Positions 29,641 through 38,510 of a stretch of 64,000 nucleotides of DNA are shown here, in pieces. The number at the start of each line of letters is the position of its first letter. The first letter of the stretch is position 1. Where the stretch lies: the IMG/VR virus record IMGVR_UViG_3300042923_001406; one strand, 5' to 3'. The notes under the pieces are model-generated. The model searched no databases, had not been told where the DNA came from, and saw nothing but the letters and a program-made list of their open reading frames with translations. The stretch comes from an uncultured virus (IMG/VR IMGVR_UViG_3300042923_001406) (lineage: Duplodnaviria > Heunggongvirae > Uroviricota > Caudoviricetes). Both the position numbers and the translations under genes were made by a program.

Positions 29641-30003
29641 ATGTTTGATATATTAATAATAGAAGATAATAATGATCTAATAGATATAAAAGAAAAAATA
29701 TTTATAGAAAACTTAAGTGTAAATAGATGTAATATTTTAGATTTAGATAATACTCTAATATCTATATATGATTTGATTATAGTAAGTTATAAAAACAAAA
29801 ATAAAATTACTATAAAAGATTTGTTTATTGATATTAGAAATAAAGATAAATACGCAGATATAATATTATATACTAATGATATAAATACATATTTAATTGT
29901 AGATTTAATAAATATTGGTATAAATGGTTATTTTAATGAACTTGATAAAGAAGATTTATTAAAGTATGTAACAAAGAAAATTAAAAATTATTATGGAGAT
30001 TAA
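29641..30003 (+). CDS. stand-alone atypical receiver-domain protein
   Basis: ILIIEDN, YDLIIVS, IILYT and GINGYF follow the receiver fold pattern. Confidence 0.65.
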   Translation: MFDILIIEDNNDLIDIKEKIFIENLSVNRCNILDLDNTLISIYDLIIVSYKNKNKITIKDLFIDIRNKDKYADIILYTNDINTYLIVDLINIGINGYFNELDKEDLLKYVTKKIKNYYGD

Positions 30004-30030
30004 ACTATAATTTAAATAGGGAGTAATTAA

Positions 30031-30315
30031 ATGGAAACATCTAAGTCAAGAGAATTTAAATCAAGATCACAAAGTGGAGAAAATATATGGAATCCTATAT
30101 ATTCTACATTAGTTATAGTTAATAATATATTTGAACAAAAATTATCAAAGCTTAAATTAGGTATGGAAACTAAAAAGATGTGTAAAGCATTCTTCTATTC
30201 CAGATTACAATGTATGGATTTAAAAGGAACAATAGATTATGAAGTAGAAAAATGTATTGATGAAGCAATAATTTATGTTACTGATAATATGGGTAAAAAT
30301 AAAGAAATATATTAA
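30031..30315 (+). CDS. hypothetical protein
   Basis: GGGAG RBS. Confidence 0.65.
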   Translation: METSKSREFKSRSQSGENIWNPIYSTLVIVNNIFEQKLSKLKLGMETKKMCKAFFYSRLQCMDLKGTIDYEVEKCIDEAIIYVTDNMGKNKEIY

Positions 30316-30364
30316 TATAAATAAGAAATAATTATACTATAATACTAATAAGTAGGTGATATAA

Positions 30365-30682
30365 TTGTCAAATAACAATGGTAGTATTGCAGCAAAGAAA
30401 CATGCTGATAAAATAAGAAAATCTTATAGTAAAAGTCAAAGAGAAATGAAAAATAAAATAGAATGTTCAGAATTTGAAATTAAACGATTAGTAAGAGAAA
30501 ATAAAACATTAAAAGAAATTAATAGTACTTACGAAGAACAAATAGAAGAATTAAATAAAATAAATGATTTTTTATTAAATAAATGTAATATGACTGTATC
30601 AGAAGCTAGAAATGAAGTTTATCCTTTAAAACATTTAGAAGATTTATTTAAAACAACTAAAGTATTAAGAAATTATTTTTAA
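30365..30682 (+). CDS. coiled-coil hypothetical protein
   Basis: AGGTG RBS with TTG start; heptad pattern. Confidence 0.6.
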   Translation: MSNNNGSIAAKKHADKIRKSYSKSQREMKNKIECSEFEIKRLVRENKTLKEINSTYEEQIEELNKINDFLLNKCNMTVSEARNEVYPLKHLEDLFKTTKVLRNYF

Positions 30683-30740
30683 TTAAACAATTATGAGTAT
30701 AATAAATAAATTAAAAATATAAATTTAAAGGAGAGTTTAT

Positions 30741-31052
30741 ATGAGACATAAAGAAAGAAAAGATTCTATACAAATATTAAAAAATTTAGTTTGTTTAAGT
30801 TCAGATGATTTAAGTGAATATGAGAATAAAAGACGTTTTATAAATAAACATGTTAGTAAAGAGATTTTAGATAAAATACGTTTAGAAGAAAAAGAAGAGT
30901 CAAAAAAACAAGTAAAATTACGTAAATTTATGGATATTATAAAAATAGAAGCAGATATACATGGTGTACCCATAGTAGTTTATAATCCTACTACAAAGCA
31001 AATAGAACATAAATATGCTGATGGTACTATAAAAGTATATAAACAGTTGTAG
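30741..31052 (+). CDS. small partner (putative antitoxin) of the downstream zeta-like ATPase
   Basis: C-terminal GVPIVVYN......HKYADG pattern and adjacency. Confidence 0.5.
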   Translation: MRHKERKDSIQILKNLVCLSSDDLSEYENKRRFINKHVSKEILDKIRLEEKEESKKQVKLRKFMDIIKIEADIHGVPIVVYNPTTKQIEHKYADGTIKVYKQL

Positions 31053-31062
31053 GTGATATTAT

Positions 31063-31614
31063 ATGATTAAACCTGAAATAACTGTATTTGCTGGACCAAA
31101 TGGTTCTGGTAAGAGTACATTAACAAATATATACAAACCAAAATATAAATATATAAATGCAGACGAAATTCAAAAGACTTTAAATTGTAGTAATATAGAT
31201 GCTGCAATAATGGCAACAAGAATGAGAGAAGAATGTTTAAATAATAATGAAGATTTTTGTTTTGAAACTGTGTTATCAACAGAAAGAAATTTAAATTTAC
31301 TAAAAGAAGCAAAATTAAAAGGATATTTTATAAAATGTTTTTTCGTTGTAACTGTAAGTGAAGAAATTAACGTACAAAGAGTTAAATATAGAGTATCTAC
31401 TGGAGGACATGATGTTCCAGAAGATAAGATAAAAGATAGATATAAAAAATCAATAAGTATGATAAGAGAATTATATAAAATATGTGATATATTACAAATA
31501 TATGATAATTCAGGAGATAGTATTATACGTATATTTAAAAAGCGTAAAGAGATATATTATACTTATGATAATTGTTTTTGGTCTTATGAAGATACTTTAA
31601 ATTTAATAATATAA
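31063..31614 (+). CDS. zeta-toxin/AAA_33-like P-loop ATPase
   Basis: AGPNGSGKST, INADEI, FETVLS, RV..GGHDVP...I..RY and YDNS. Confidence 0.85.
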   Translation: MIKPEITVFAGPNGSGKSTLTNIYKPKYKYINADEIQKTLNCSNIDAAIMATRMREECLNNNEDFCFETVLSTERNLNLLKEAKLKGYFIKCFFVVTVSEEINVQRVKYRVSTGGHDVPEDKIKDRYKKSISMIRELYKICDILQIYDNSGDSIIRIFKKRKEIYYTYDNCFWSYEDTLNLII

Positions 31615-31652
31615 ATTATTAAAGGGGGACATATCCAATAAAAATAAAGGAG

Positions 31653-32309
31653 ATGTCACAAATGGATTGGAATAAAATAATAAAAGAAGAATGTAAGAAA
31701 GAATATTTTAAAGTTTTATTAGATTTTATAGTAAAAGAATATGAATATAAAAGTATATTACCACCTAAAGAATTAATATTTAAAGCATTAGATTTGACAC
31801 CATTCAATGAGACTAAAGTAATAATATTAGGACAAGATCCATACCCTAATAAGGAAAATGCTTGTGGGTTATCATTTTCAAGTTGTAAAGATTCTAATAT
31901 ACCTAGTTCGTTAAGAAATATATTTATAGAATTAAAAGATGATTTAGGTATAATAAATAATTCTGGAGATTTAGAGAATTGGTGTAAACAAGGGGTACTT
32001 TTATTAAATTCTATTTTAACAGTAGAAGAAGGAAAAACAAATTCACATAAAGGTATAGGATGGGAAATATTTACAGATAGACTTATATATGAATTATCTA
32101 TAAATAAAAATAATTTGGTATTTATACTGTGGGGTAGTAAAGCTCAGAATAAAGTATATAATATAAATTTATCTAATCATTTAGTTATAAAATCAGTACA
32201 TCCATCGCCAAATTCATGTTATAGAGGTTTCTTTGGTAGTAAACCTTTTTCAAAAACAAATAATTATTTAATAAATAATTTATTAAAACCAATAGATTGG
32301 AAATTATAA
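31653..32309 (+). CDS. ung: uracil-DNA glycosylase (family 1)
   Basis: ILGQDPY, GLSFS, QGVLLLN and HPSP. Confidence 0.95.
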   Translation: MSQMDWNKIIKEECKKEYFKVLLDFIVKEYEYKSILPPKELIFKALDLTPFNETKVIILGQDPYPNKENACGLSFSSCKDSNIPSSLRNIFIELKDDLGIINNSGDLENWCKQGVLLLNSILTVEEGKTNSHKGIGWEIFTDRLIYELSINKNNLVFILWGSKAQNKVYNINLSNHLVIKSVHPSPNSCYRGFFGSKPFSKTNNYLINNLLKPIDWKL

Positions 32310-32329
32310 TATGGGGAGTAAAGATAAAT

Positions 32330-32944
32330 ATGAATCCTATAGAGTCATTAAAAAATGAAAGTAATAAAGAAAATGAAATATATAAAAACTCATTCTTATA
32401 TAAAATAAGAAAAAATAATATTTTAAATTGGGTGTATGACTTAGAAGAAATAATTAAATATAAAGACATACTAAATACCTGTAATTTTAATTCTACATTA
32501 GAAATAGAATCTGGTATAGTAAAAATAAATCCAATTGGTAGATATTTAAGTCATAAATTTGTAGATCATGTTAAAAGAGGATTTAATTTTTATGAATTAT
32601 GCATTGTAATGAAACATAAAATAATATCTTTTGAAAGTTACTATGGCATGTTTAATTTATCAGAAGAAGATATAGAAAAGGTTAAACAAATAATTTATAA
32701 GTATAATAGATTAGTGTTTGATAAATTAGATATAAATGATAAAAAGAAATTGATACACATAGAACAAACTGCTGAGGTATTACATTATATGTTAGTACCT
32801 TCTGTTATATTAGAAAATATAGAAAATGGTTGGTGTAGTTTAACATTTACTGTGGATAATAATAAGAAAAAAGATTATTGTACAATATTTAGTGTAGAAG
32901 AACTAGAATTATTAGAGAAGGTAAATAAATTAATACAAAAATAG
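32330..32944 (+). CDS. hypothetical protein (NPIxxLK N-terminus)
   Basis: Start moved to the ATG after GGGGAG. Confidence 0.7.
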   Translation: MNPIESLKNESNKENEIYKNSFLYKIRKNNILNWVYDLEEIIKYKDILNTCNFNSTLEIESGIVKINPIGRYLSHKFVDHVKRGFNFYELCIVMKHKIISFESYYGMFNLSEEDIEKVKQIIYKYNRLVFDKLDINDKKKLIHIEQTAEVLHYMLVPSVILENIENGWCSLTFTVDNNKKKDYCTIFSVEELELLEKVNKLIQK

Positions 32945-32969
32945 TTTATAATAACACAAGGAGAAAATA

Positions 32970-33572
32970 ATGTTATATACAATATTAGATATAGAAACTA
33001 CAGGATTTCATAAAGAAGGTGGAGATGAGATACTATCTTTTGGGTTTATACGATGTAATTCTCAGTTTGATATAAAAGCTTCAGGGATACTATATTTTTA
33101 TAAACCAGGATTTAATGTTGAAAAATATCCAGCATTTAATACACATAAATTAAAATTAGAATTTATGGAAGAACATGAAAGTAAATTTAATGATAATTTA
33201 AAGAAAATGTATTCTTTATGTTATAATTCAGTAATTGTAGGTAAGAATTCAACTAAATTTGATATGCCGTTTATAAAAAATTTTTGTAAAAGACATTCTC
33301 CTTTATTAGATGAATTACCTTATTTAAAAACTTTTGATGTACAAGAAGAATTTTGTAAGATATATAGAGAAAGAACTAAGAATAATAATGTTGGAACTTT
33401 AACAGATTATATTAATTGTTTAGGAATAACAAAGCAAGATTTAGAAAAAGTATATAATTCATTACCAGTAAAAGATGGTGAAAATATGCACATGCACGGT
33501 GCTTTATTTGATACAGTAGCAACTTATATGGTATTTAAAGAAAATTGTAAAATATTAAACTTAAGGCCTTAA
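32970..33572 (+). CDS. DEDDh 3'-5' exonuclease (DnaQ-like)
   Basis: LDIETTG, N..KFDMPF and HGALFD. Confidence 0.9.
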   Translation: MLYTILDIETTGFHKEGGDEILSFGFIRCNSQFDIKASGILYFYKPGFNVEKYPAFNTHKLKLEFMEEHESKFNDNLKKMYSLCYNSVIVGKNSTKFDMPFIKNFCKRHSPLLDELPYLKTFDVQEEFCKIYRERTKNNNVGTLTDYINCLGITKQDLEKVYNSLPVKDGENMHMHGALFDTVATYMVFKENCKILNLRP

Positions 33573-33587
33573 TGAAGGAGTATATTA

Positions 33588-33881
33588 ATGGATAATAACA
33601 TTTTTAATAATTGTAATACTGATTCTGAAGTTATGAAAGAGTTTTTTAGATTAGCAGAAACTGGTGAGTACGACAGAAGAGAATTGGTTATGTTGTCTAA
33701 TAGAAGAAGAGAAGAAATTAAAAATAAATTGTCACCTAATATAAATTTAATAAAAATAATTATACCAGAAGAAAAACAAGTATCTATAAATGAACATTCA
33801 AAAGGTATAACTATAATAGGACCTAATTCAAAATCATCAACTGTTTTTGAATTTTTAGGTGACAATATGATTAAATTTTAA
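33588..33881 (+). CDS. hypothetical protein
   Basis: AAGGAG RBS. Confidence 0.65.
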   Translation: MDNNIFNNCNTDSEVMKEFFRLAETGEYDRRELVMLSNRRREEIKNKLSPNINLIKIIIPEEKQVSINEHSKGITIIGPNSKSSTVFEFLGDNMIKF

Positions 33882-33921
33882 AATATATTTTATAAAATAA
33901 TCAATAAGAGAAGAGTTATTT

Positions 33922-34734
33922 ATGGAAATAGATTTAAGAGCTTTACAAATGATGGTTGAAGAAGAGAATTCAGTTGAAACTACAAGGAATATATTAAATA
34001 AAGCAGTTGAATTCTTTTCTAGACATAAAGATAATAAATGGAAAGTAGAAAGTATTTTCAAAGATTTAAGAGGTACTGTATTTAATTTTGATGATTTAGA
34101 TGAAAAGGATTTATTCTTTTGTGATTTAGATGAAATAAAAGTATTTGATATTCCTGATGAATTTAAGACTTATTCACTAGGATTATTTGCAGATGAAAGA
34201 GTATGTAGATATGCTTATAGATTAGTTTATCCTGTAAGAGATGTAAAAGGAAATGTAATGGGTTTATGTGGTTGGGACCCTGGAGACCAACCTAAATATT
34301 TAGATTCAAAAACATATGGATATAATGCTAAAAGAAACTGTTTATATGGGATGGAAAAATTAGAAGAATACTACAAATCCAATAAACCAGTATTTATAGT
34401 AGAAGGTATAGTTTGTTGTAATTATTTACGTTCTAAAGGATTTCAAGCACTAGCATTACTAGGTTCTTCTATATCTACATATGTAATAGAAATATTAAGA
34501 AGATTTGGTAAAAGACTAGTATTAATACCAGATAATGATACAGCAGGTTTATCTATTTTAAAACGTTCTTTTTATAATTTACCTGATTCAAAATGTTATG
34601 TATCTTTAGTAGCTAAAGATATTGATGATACTAGAAAAAAAGATGATGGTATATATGAATTACAATTATTAAGTGAGTTAAGTAATATACAGAATACTTT
34701 CTGTTTTACAAATATATTAAGTATGGTTAAATAA
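33922..34734 (+). CDS. DnaG-like primase (catalytic/Toprim core only)
   Basis: RLVYPVRD..G.VMG..G, PKYLDS, IVEG and PDNDTAG; no zinc-binding domain. Confidence 0.85.
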   Translation: MEIDLRALQMMVEEENSVETTRNILNKAVEFFSRHKDNKWKVESIFKDLRGTVFNFDDLDEKDLFFCDLDEIKVFDIPDEFKTYSLGLFADERVCRYAYRLVYPVRDVKGNVMGLCGWDPGDQPKYLDSKTYGYNAKRNCLYGMEKLEEYYKSNKPVFIVEGIVCCNYLRSKGFQALALLGSSISTYVIEILRRFGKRLVLIPDNDTAGLSILKRSFYNLPDSKCYVSLVAKDIDDTRKKDDGIYELQLLSELSNIQNTFCFTNILSMVK

Positions 34735-34752
34735 AATAATGGGGTGTTAATT

Positions 34753-34878
34753 ATGAGTAATAATAGTAATACTAACTGTAATACCAATATAAGATTAGAT
34801 AAACTTTTACATGAAGTTTCTACAGAAGATTTAGCTGAAATAATAGAAATATTAAAAGAAAGGTATAGTATAAAATAA
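34753..34878 (+). CDS. 41 aa hypothetical protein (not in the ORF track)
   Basis: GGGGTG RBS; fills the intergenic gap. Confidence 0.5.
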   Translation: MSNNSNTNCNTNIRLDKLLHEVSTEDLAEIIEILKERYSIK

Positions 34879-34880
34879 TT

Positions 34881-35399
34881 ATGATAAAAAATATTGAAAG
34901 TATTAACATATTAAGTAAACAAATTAATTATATTATAGATATGTTAAAATATATTAAAAAATCAGATATAAATAAATATTCTAATATTTTAGTAAGTCTT
35001 CATAAGTCTTCTTTAATAAATTTATTTATGGAGAATGGTTATCAAATTGCTAATATTAATCATATTTTGATAAAACATTCTATTTTACATGAAGAAGAAT
35101 TTAAAGAATGGATACAAATTGTATATCCATACGTAGATTATGACGAATTAATTGTATTATTAAAACCTTGTACAAGAGATGACGATAGTATATTGTATTT
35201 TAGTGATATATTAGATACTGATAGTATATACTATGATATTATTTATAGAATTAAAGTATATACAGGTATTTCTATATATTATAATGGAAATAACTTAGAT
35301 TTATTTTGTAAAACAGAGATAACTAAATTAATTAGTTATATAGATAAACATATTTTATTAATAAAACAAAAATGTATTATTAATAATAATTTAAATTAA
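34881..35399 (+). CDS. hypothetical protein
   Basis: Operonic ORF. Confidence 0.6.
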   Translation: MIKNIESINILSKQINYIIDMLKYIKKSDINKYSNILVSLHKSSLINLFMENGYQIANINHILIKHSILHEEEFKEWIQIVYPYVDYDELIVLLKPCTRDDDSILYFSDILDTDSIYYDIIYRIKVYTGISIYYNGNNLDLFCKTEITKLISYIDKHILLIKQKCIINNNLN

Positions 35400-35418
35400 A
35401 TATTATAAGGAGATTTAT

Positions 35419-35853
35419 ATGGAGACAATAAAAGGATTTAAAGGTAAATATGAATTTCTTGATAATATGTTTAATTGTCATATTAATTTTAATGGAGAAG
35501 AATTTATAAATAGTGAATCAGCTTATTTAGCTAATATAATAAAAGATACTAAACAAAAAAGTAAATTTTATAGAACAACTGGAATGGAAGCTAATAAACT
35601 TGTACATAGAATGAATATTAGAGAAGATTTAAATAGTATTTGTATTAATTTAATGTACGAAATATTAAAATGTAAATTTAATCAGAACAATAGATTAAAA
35701 ATAAAGTTAATAGAAACAAATACTGATATATTAATATATTACAATTATTGGGGTGAAACTTTCTGGGGAATATGTAATGATAAAGGTAATAACTTCCTAG
35801 GTAAAATATTAATGATAATTAGAGATGAATTTATAAAAGAAAGTATAATTTAA
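35419..35853 (+). CDS. NADAR/YbiA family protein
   Basis: F.G.YEFL.N, SE.AY, KF.QN..L..KL..T and WGETFWG....G.N.LGKILM.IR. Confidence 0.85.
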   Translation: METIKGFKGKYEFLDNMFNCHINFNGEEFINSESAYLANIIKDTKQKSKFYRTTGMEANKLVHRMNIREDLNSICINLMYEILKCKFNQNNRLKIKLIETNTDILIYYNYWGETFWGICNDKGNNFLGKILMIIRDEFIKESII

Positions 35854-35879
35854 TGATTTTTAGAAAGGTATAAAATAAT

Positions 35880-36674
35880 ATGAGTGTATATTATGCTGGA
35901 ATAGGTTCAAGAGAAACTCCTGATAAAATTCTAGAATTTATGACTGAGTTAGGAAAGTATTTTTCATGTAAAAATTATATCCTTAGGTCAGGTGGTGCTG
36001 AAGGGGCTGATAGTAGTTTTGAGAAAGGATGTGATTTAGTAAATGGAAATAAAGAAATATACTTACCATGGTATAAATTTAATAATTCCAATTCTAATTT
36101 AGTAGTAAAACAAGGATTAGCATTTGAAATTGCTAAACAATTTCATCCTTACTATGATAACTTATCGGAAGGTGCTAAGAAATTACAAGCAAGAAATACA
36201 CACCAAGTATTAGGTTTAGATTTTAAAACATACTCTAATTTTATAATATGTTATACTAAAAATGGTTCTGGAAATGGTGGTACAGGTCAAGCTATAAGAA
36301 TTGCAAATCATTTTAACATTTCTGTATTAGATTTAGGTAAATATAATTCTATTAATGAAGTAAAATTAAATACATATGAATTTTTAAGGTTAAACAATTT
36401 TGATAAATTAAATAGAAAATGTACAGTTGTAAACAGACATAAGGAAGAATATGATATTTATATAGGAAGAGGAACTAAATGGGGTAATCCATTTGAAATG
36501 AAAAATAATTCAATTGAAGAAAGAAATAGAGTATGTAATGAATTTGAAAAATATTTTTGGACTACTAATTTACCAAGTCAATTATTTGAACTAAAAGGTA
36601 AAAGATTAGGATGTAGTTGTAAGCCTTTAAGATGTCATGGTGATTTCTTAGCTAATGAAGTTAATAAATTATAA
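35880..36674 (+). CDS. SLOG/DprA-like domain fused to DUF4326
   Basis: N-terminal YAGIGSRETP, LRSGGA.GAD and GGTGQA; C-terminal YIGRGTKWGNPF...LKGKRLGC.CKP..CHGD. Confidence 0.8.
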   Translation: MSVYYAGIGSRETPDKILEFMTELGKYFSCKNYILRSGGAEGADSSFEKGCDLVNGNKEIYLPWYKFNNSNSNLVVKQGLAFEIAKQFHPYYDNLSEGAKKLQARNTHQVLGLDFKTYSNFIICYTKNGSGNGGTGQAIRIANHFNISVLDLGKYNSINEVKLNTYEFLRLNNFDKLNRKCTVVNRHKEEYDIYIGRGTKWGNPFEMKNNSIEERNRVCNEFEKYFWTTNLPSQLFELKGKRLGCSCKPLRCHGDFLANEVNKL

Positions 36675-36694
36675 TGCAAAAGTATATTTCAATT

Positions 36695-36729
36695 TTTAAA
36701 AAATTTATATTCTTAGACATATATACTTG
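36695..36729 (+). promoter_or_regulatory. conserved bipartite motif copy 4
   Basis: TTTAAAAA-N12-AGACATATATACTTG. Confidence 0.7.
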
Positions 36730-36813
36730 TAGAAGTATGTGTAATAAAATATTGTAAGAAAAATACTATACATTATTACATATAATGTATAACTCCTTTA
36801 TTAGTTCTTAAAT

Positions 36814-36873
36814 ATTAAGAAGTATTAATACTTCTTAATTTAAGTATATAAAATATTTTATATACTTAAATTA
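36814..36873. repeat. two overlapping perfect loop-less palindromes (26 bp and 38 bp)
   Basis: ATTAAGAAGTATT|AATACTTCTTAAT (36814-36839) and TAATTTAAGTATATAAAAT|ATTTTATATACTTAAATTA (36836-36873). Confidence 0.85.
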
Positions 36874-37012
36874 GTAAATATTAATTGTAATACCCCTTTA
36901 TACTTTTTTATTTACTTAGTTAATTTTTATGTTGAGGAATAGTTATAAACTATTTTCCTTAACATAAATACTATAACACATCTTATTATATTATAGTATT
37001 TATTTTAGGGAA

Positions 37013-37042
37013 AATATTTATTAATATTTATTAATATTTATT
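37013..37042. repeat. 3x 10-bp tandem repeat
   Basis: AATATTTATT x3. Confidence 0.7.
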
Positions 37043-37209
37043 TTACTTATCGTTATTTATTAAATTTAAAAACTGTAAATAAGCACATTTAGTGTAATAA
37101 TTCGAAAGAGCAGTAAATACATTAATTTAATAAATACAAACACACACATAAAACACTTATAAACAAATTAAAACAAAAAATTAAACAAAGAAAACGGAGG
37201 AAACAAAAG

Positions 37210-38427
37210 ATGGCAATTAAGATTACATCAACAAGAGAAGCAGTAAAGGTACAAGCTAGTCAGAGAAGTAAACAAGTATTAGGTAAAAAAGTTTTAGAAC
37301 TTGGAAAAGAATACGCTTTGTTATTTCCTAAAAAAGGTAATGAAGTAGTAGTATCTGGTATTGTAGGTCGTAACACAAATTATGATGCATTAGCTATTTC
37401 ATTTGGTAGAATAATGGAAAATCAAATGGATATTAATGAAGAAACAGGAAGAATAAAAGACAAATCAGGAATGGATAGATGGGCAGCTTTATCATCAATT
37501 TTATATAAAGCCTCAGAAGCAAAAGAAATAAAAGAAAAAGAAGAAGAAGCTAAGAGTTTAGCTGAGAAAACTGGATCTTCTATAGATGAAAGAGCATTAG
37601 AACAAGCTATAGAAAAAGTAAGAGAAGCTTATAATGGAAAGAAGAAACAGGGAGATGAAAAAGAAGTATTACCTACTAAACAAAGACTTGTTGGTAGTAG
37701 AGTAGATTTTAGTATATTTACTGAAGCACTTCTTATTCCTCTTAATAAAGAGTTAAAACCTGAATTTGAAAAAGCAGTTGGAGTTGAAGTTAAATTATCA
37801 ATTGCAAAACAAAGACAAATAAATGCTATTCTTGATAATCCTGTATATCATGATGTTAATGACCCAGACGGTTTCTTAGAAATTAAATTTTCTTACATTG
37901 GAAAAGATACAAAAGAAGCTGGTCAGAATAAATACCAAGGCGTTGAACCTGCTGTACGTAAAGTAAATCTTGAAAAAGATGCAGATGGAAAATATAAAGA
38001 CACAGGTGTAGAATCAATAACACATTTACTTAATGATGTATCACATGACAGTGAATTAATGTTCAATAGAGCTGGAACAGTTTCATTTGCTAATACTTCT
38101 GCAGACGTTGAAGCTGCTATGAGAAAATTCTTAGCTAATAATAGAATGTTACCATTGTACATTGATTTTGAAGATGAGATGACAATAAGACATGCTAAAG
38201 ATATTATTGAATTAGGTTGTGTATTTAAACCTGATACAAGACAATACAAAGAATTATTAGCTATCGTAGAAGAGCAGAAAGACGCTATAGACAAATTAGA
38301 AGATGATTCTATAACAGGGGATATAGCAGAAGTGGCTAAATCTAAATCAACTAAAGAAGTAGTTGATAAAGTAGATTCAAATGAAGAATTAAAGAATATG
38401 GTTGAAGATGAAGTTGAAGACATCTAA
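37210..38427 (+). CDS. probably highly expressed protein with an acidic C-terminal tail (candidate SSB or recombination protein)
   Basis: GGAGG RBS; more C-ending codons than its neighbours; tail MVEDEVEDI; precedes the SbcCD-like genes. Function is inference. Confidence 0.5.
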   Translation: MAIKITSTREAVKVQASQRSKQVLGKKVLELGKEYALLFPKKGNEVVVSGIVGRNTNYDALAISFGRIMENQMDINEETGRIKDKSGMDRWAALSSILYKASEAKEIKEKEEEAKSLAEKTGSSIDERALEQAIEKVREAYNGKKKQGDEKEVLPTKQRLVGSRVDFSIFTEALLIPLNKELKPEFEKAVGVEVKLSIAKQRQINAILDNPVYHDVNDPDGFLEIKFSYIGKDTKEAGQNKYQGVEPAVRKVNLEKDADGKYKDTGVESITHLLNDVSHDSELMFNRAGTVSFANTSADVEAAMRKFLANNRMLPLYIDFEDEMTIRHAKDIIELGCVFKPDTRQYKELLAIVEEQKDAIDKLEDDSITGDIAEVAKSKSTKEVVDKVDSNEELKNMVEDEVEDI

Positions 38428-38452
38428 ATAATAAAATATAATAAAATTCATT

Positions 38453-38480
38453 CTACCTATGGGGATACTCTCATAGGTAG
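38453..38480 (+). terminator. stem-loop after the 405 aa gene
   Basis: CTACCTATGGGG...TCTCATAGGTAG with G-U pairs. Confidence 0.55.
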
Positions 38481-38510
38481 GTGTATTATATCTTTAAGAG
38501 GTAAATTATA

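Noticed and set aside
37070..37116. Possible hammerhead ribozyme (CTG...CGAAA)
   Set aside because: The CUGANGA core is absent (it reads CTGTAAA); kept only as an unnamed structured leader.
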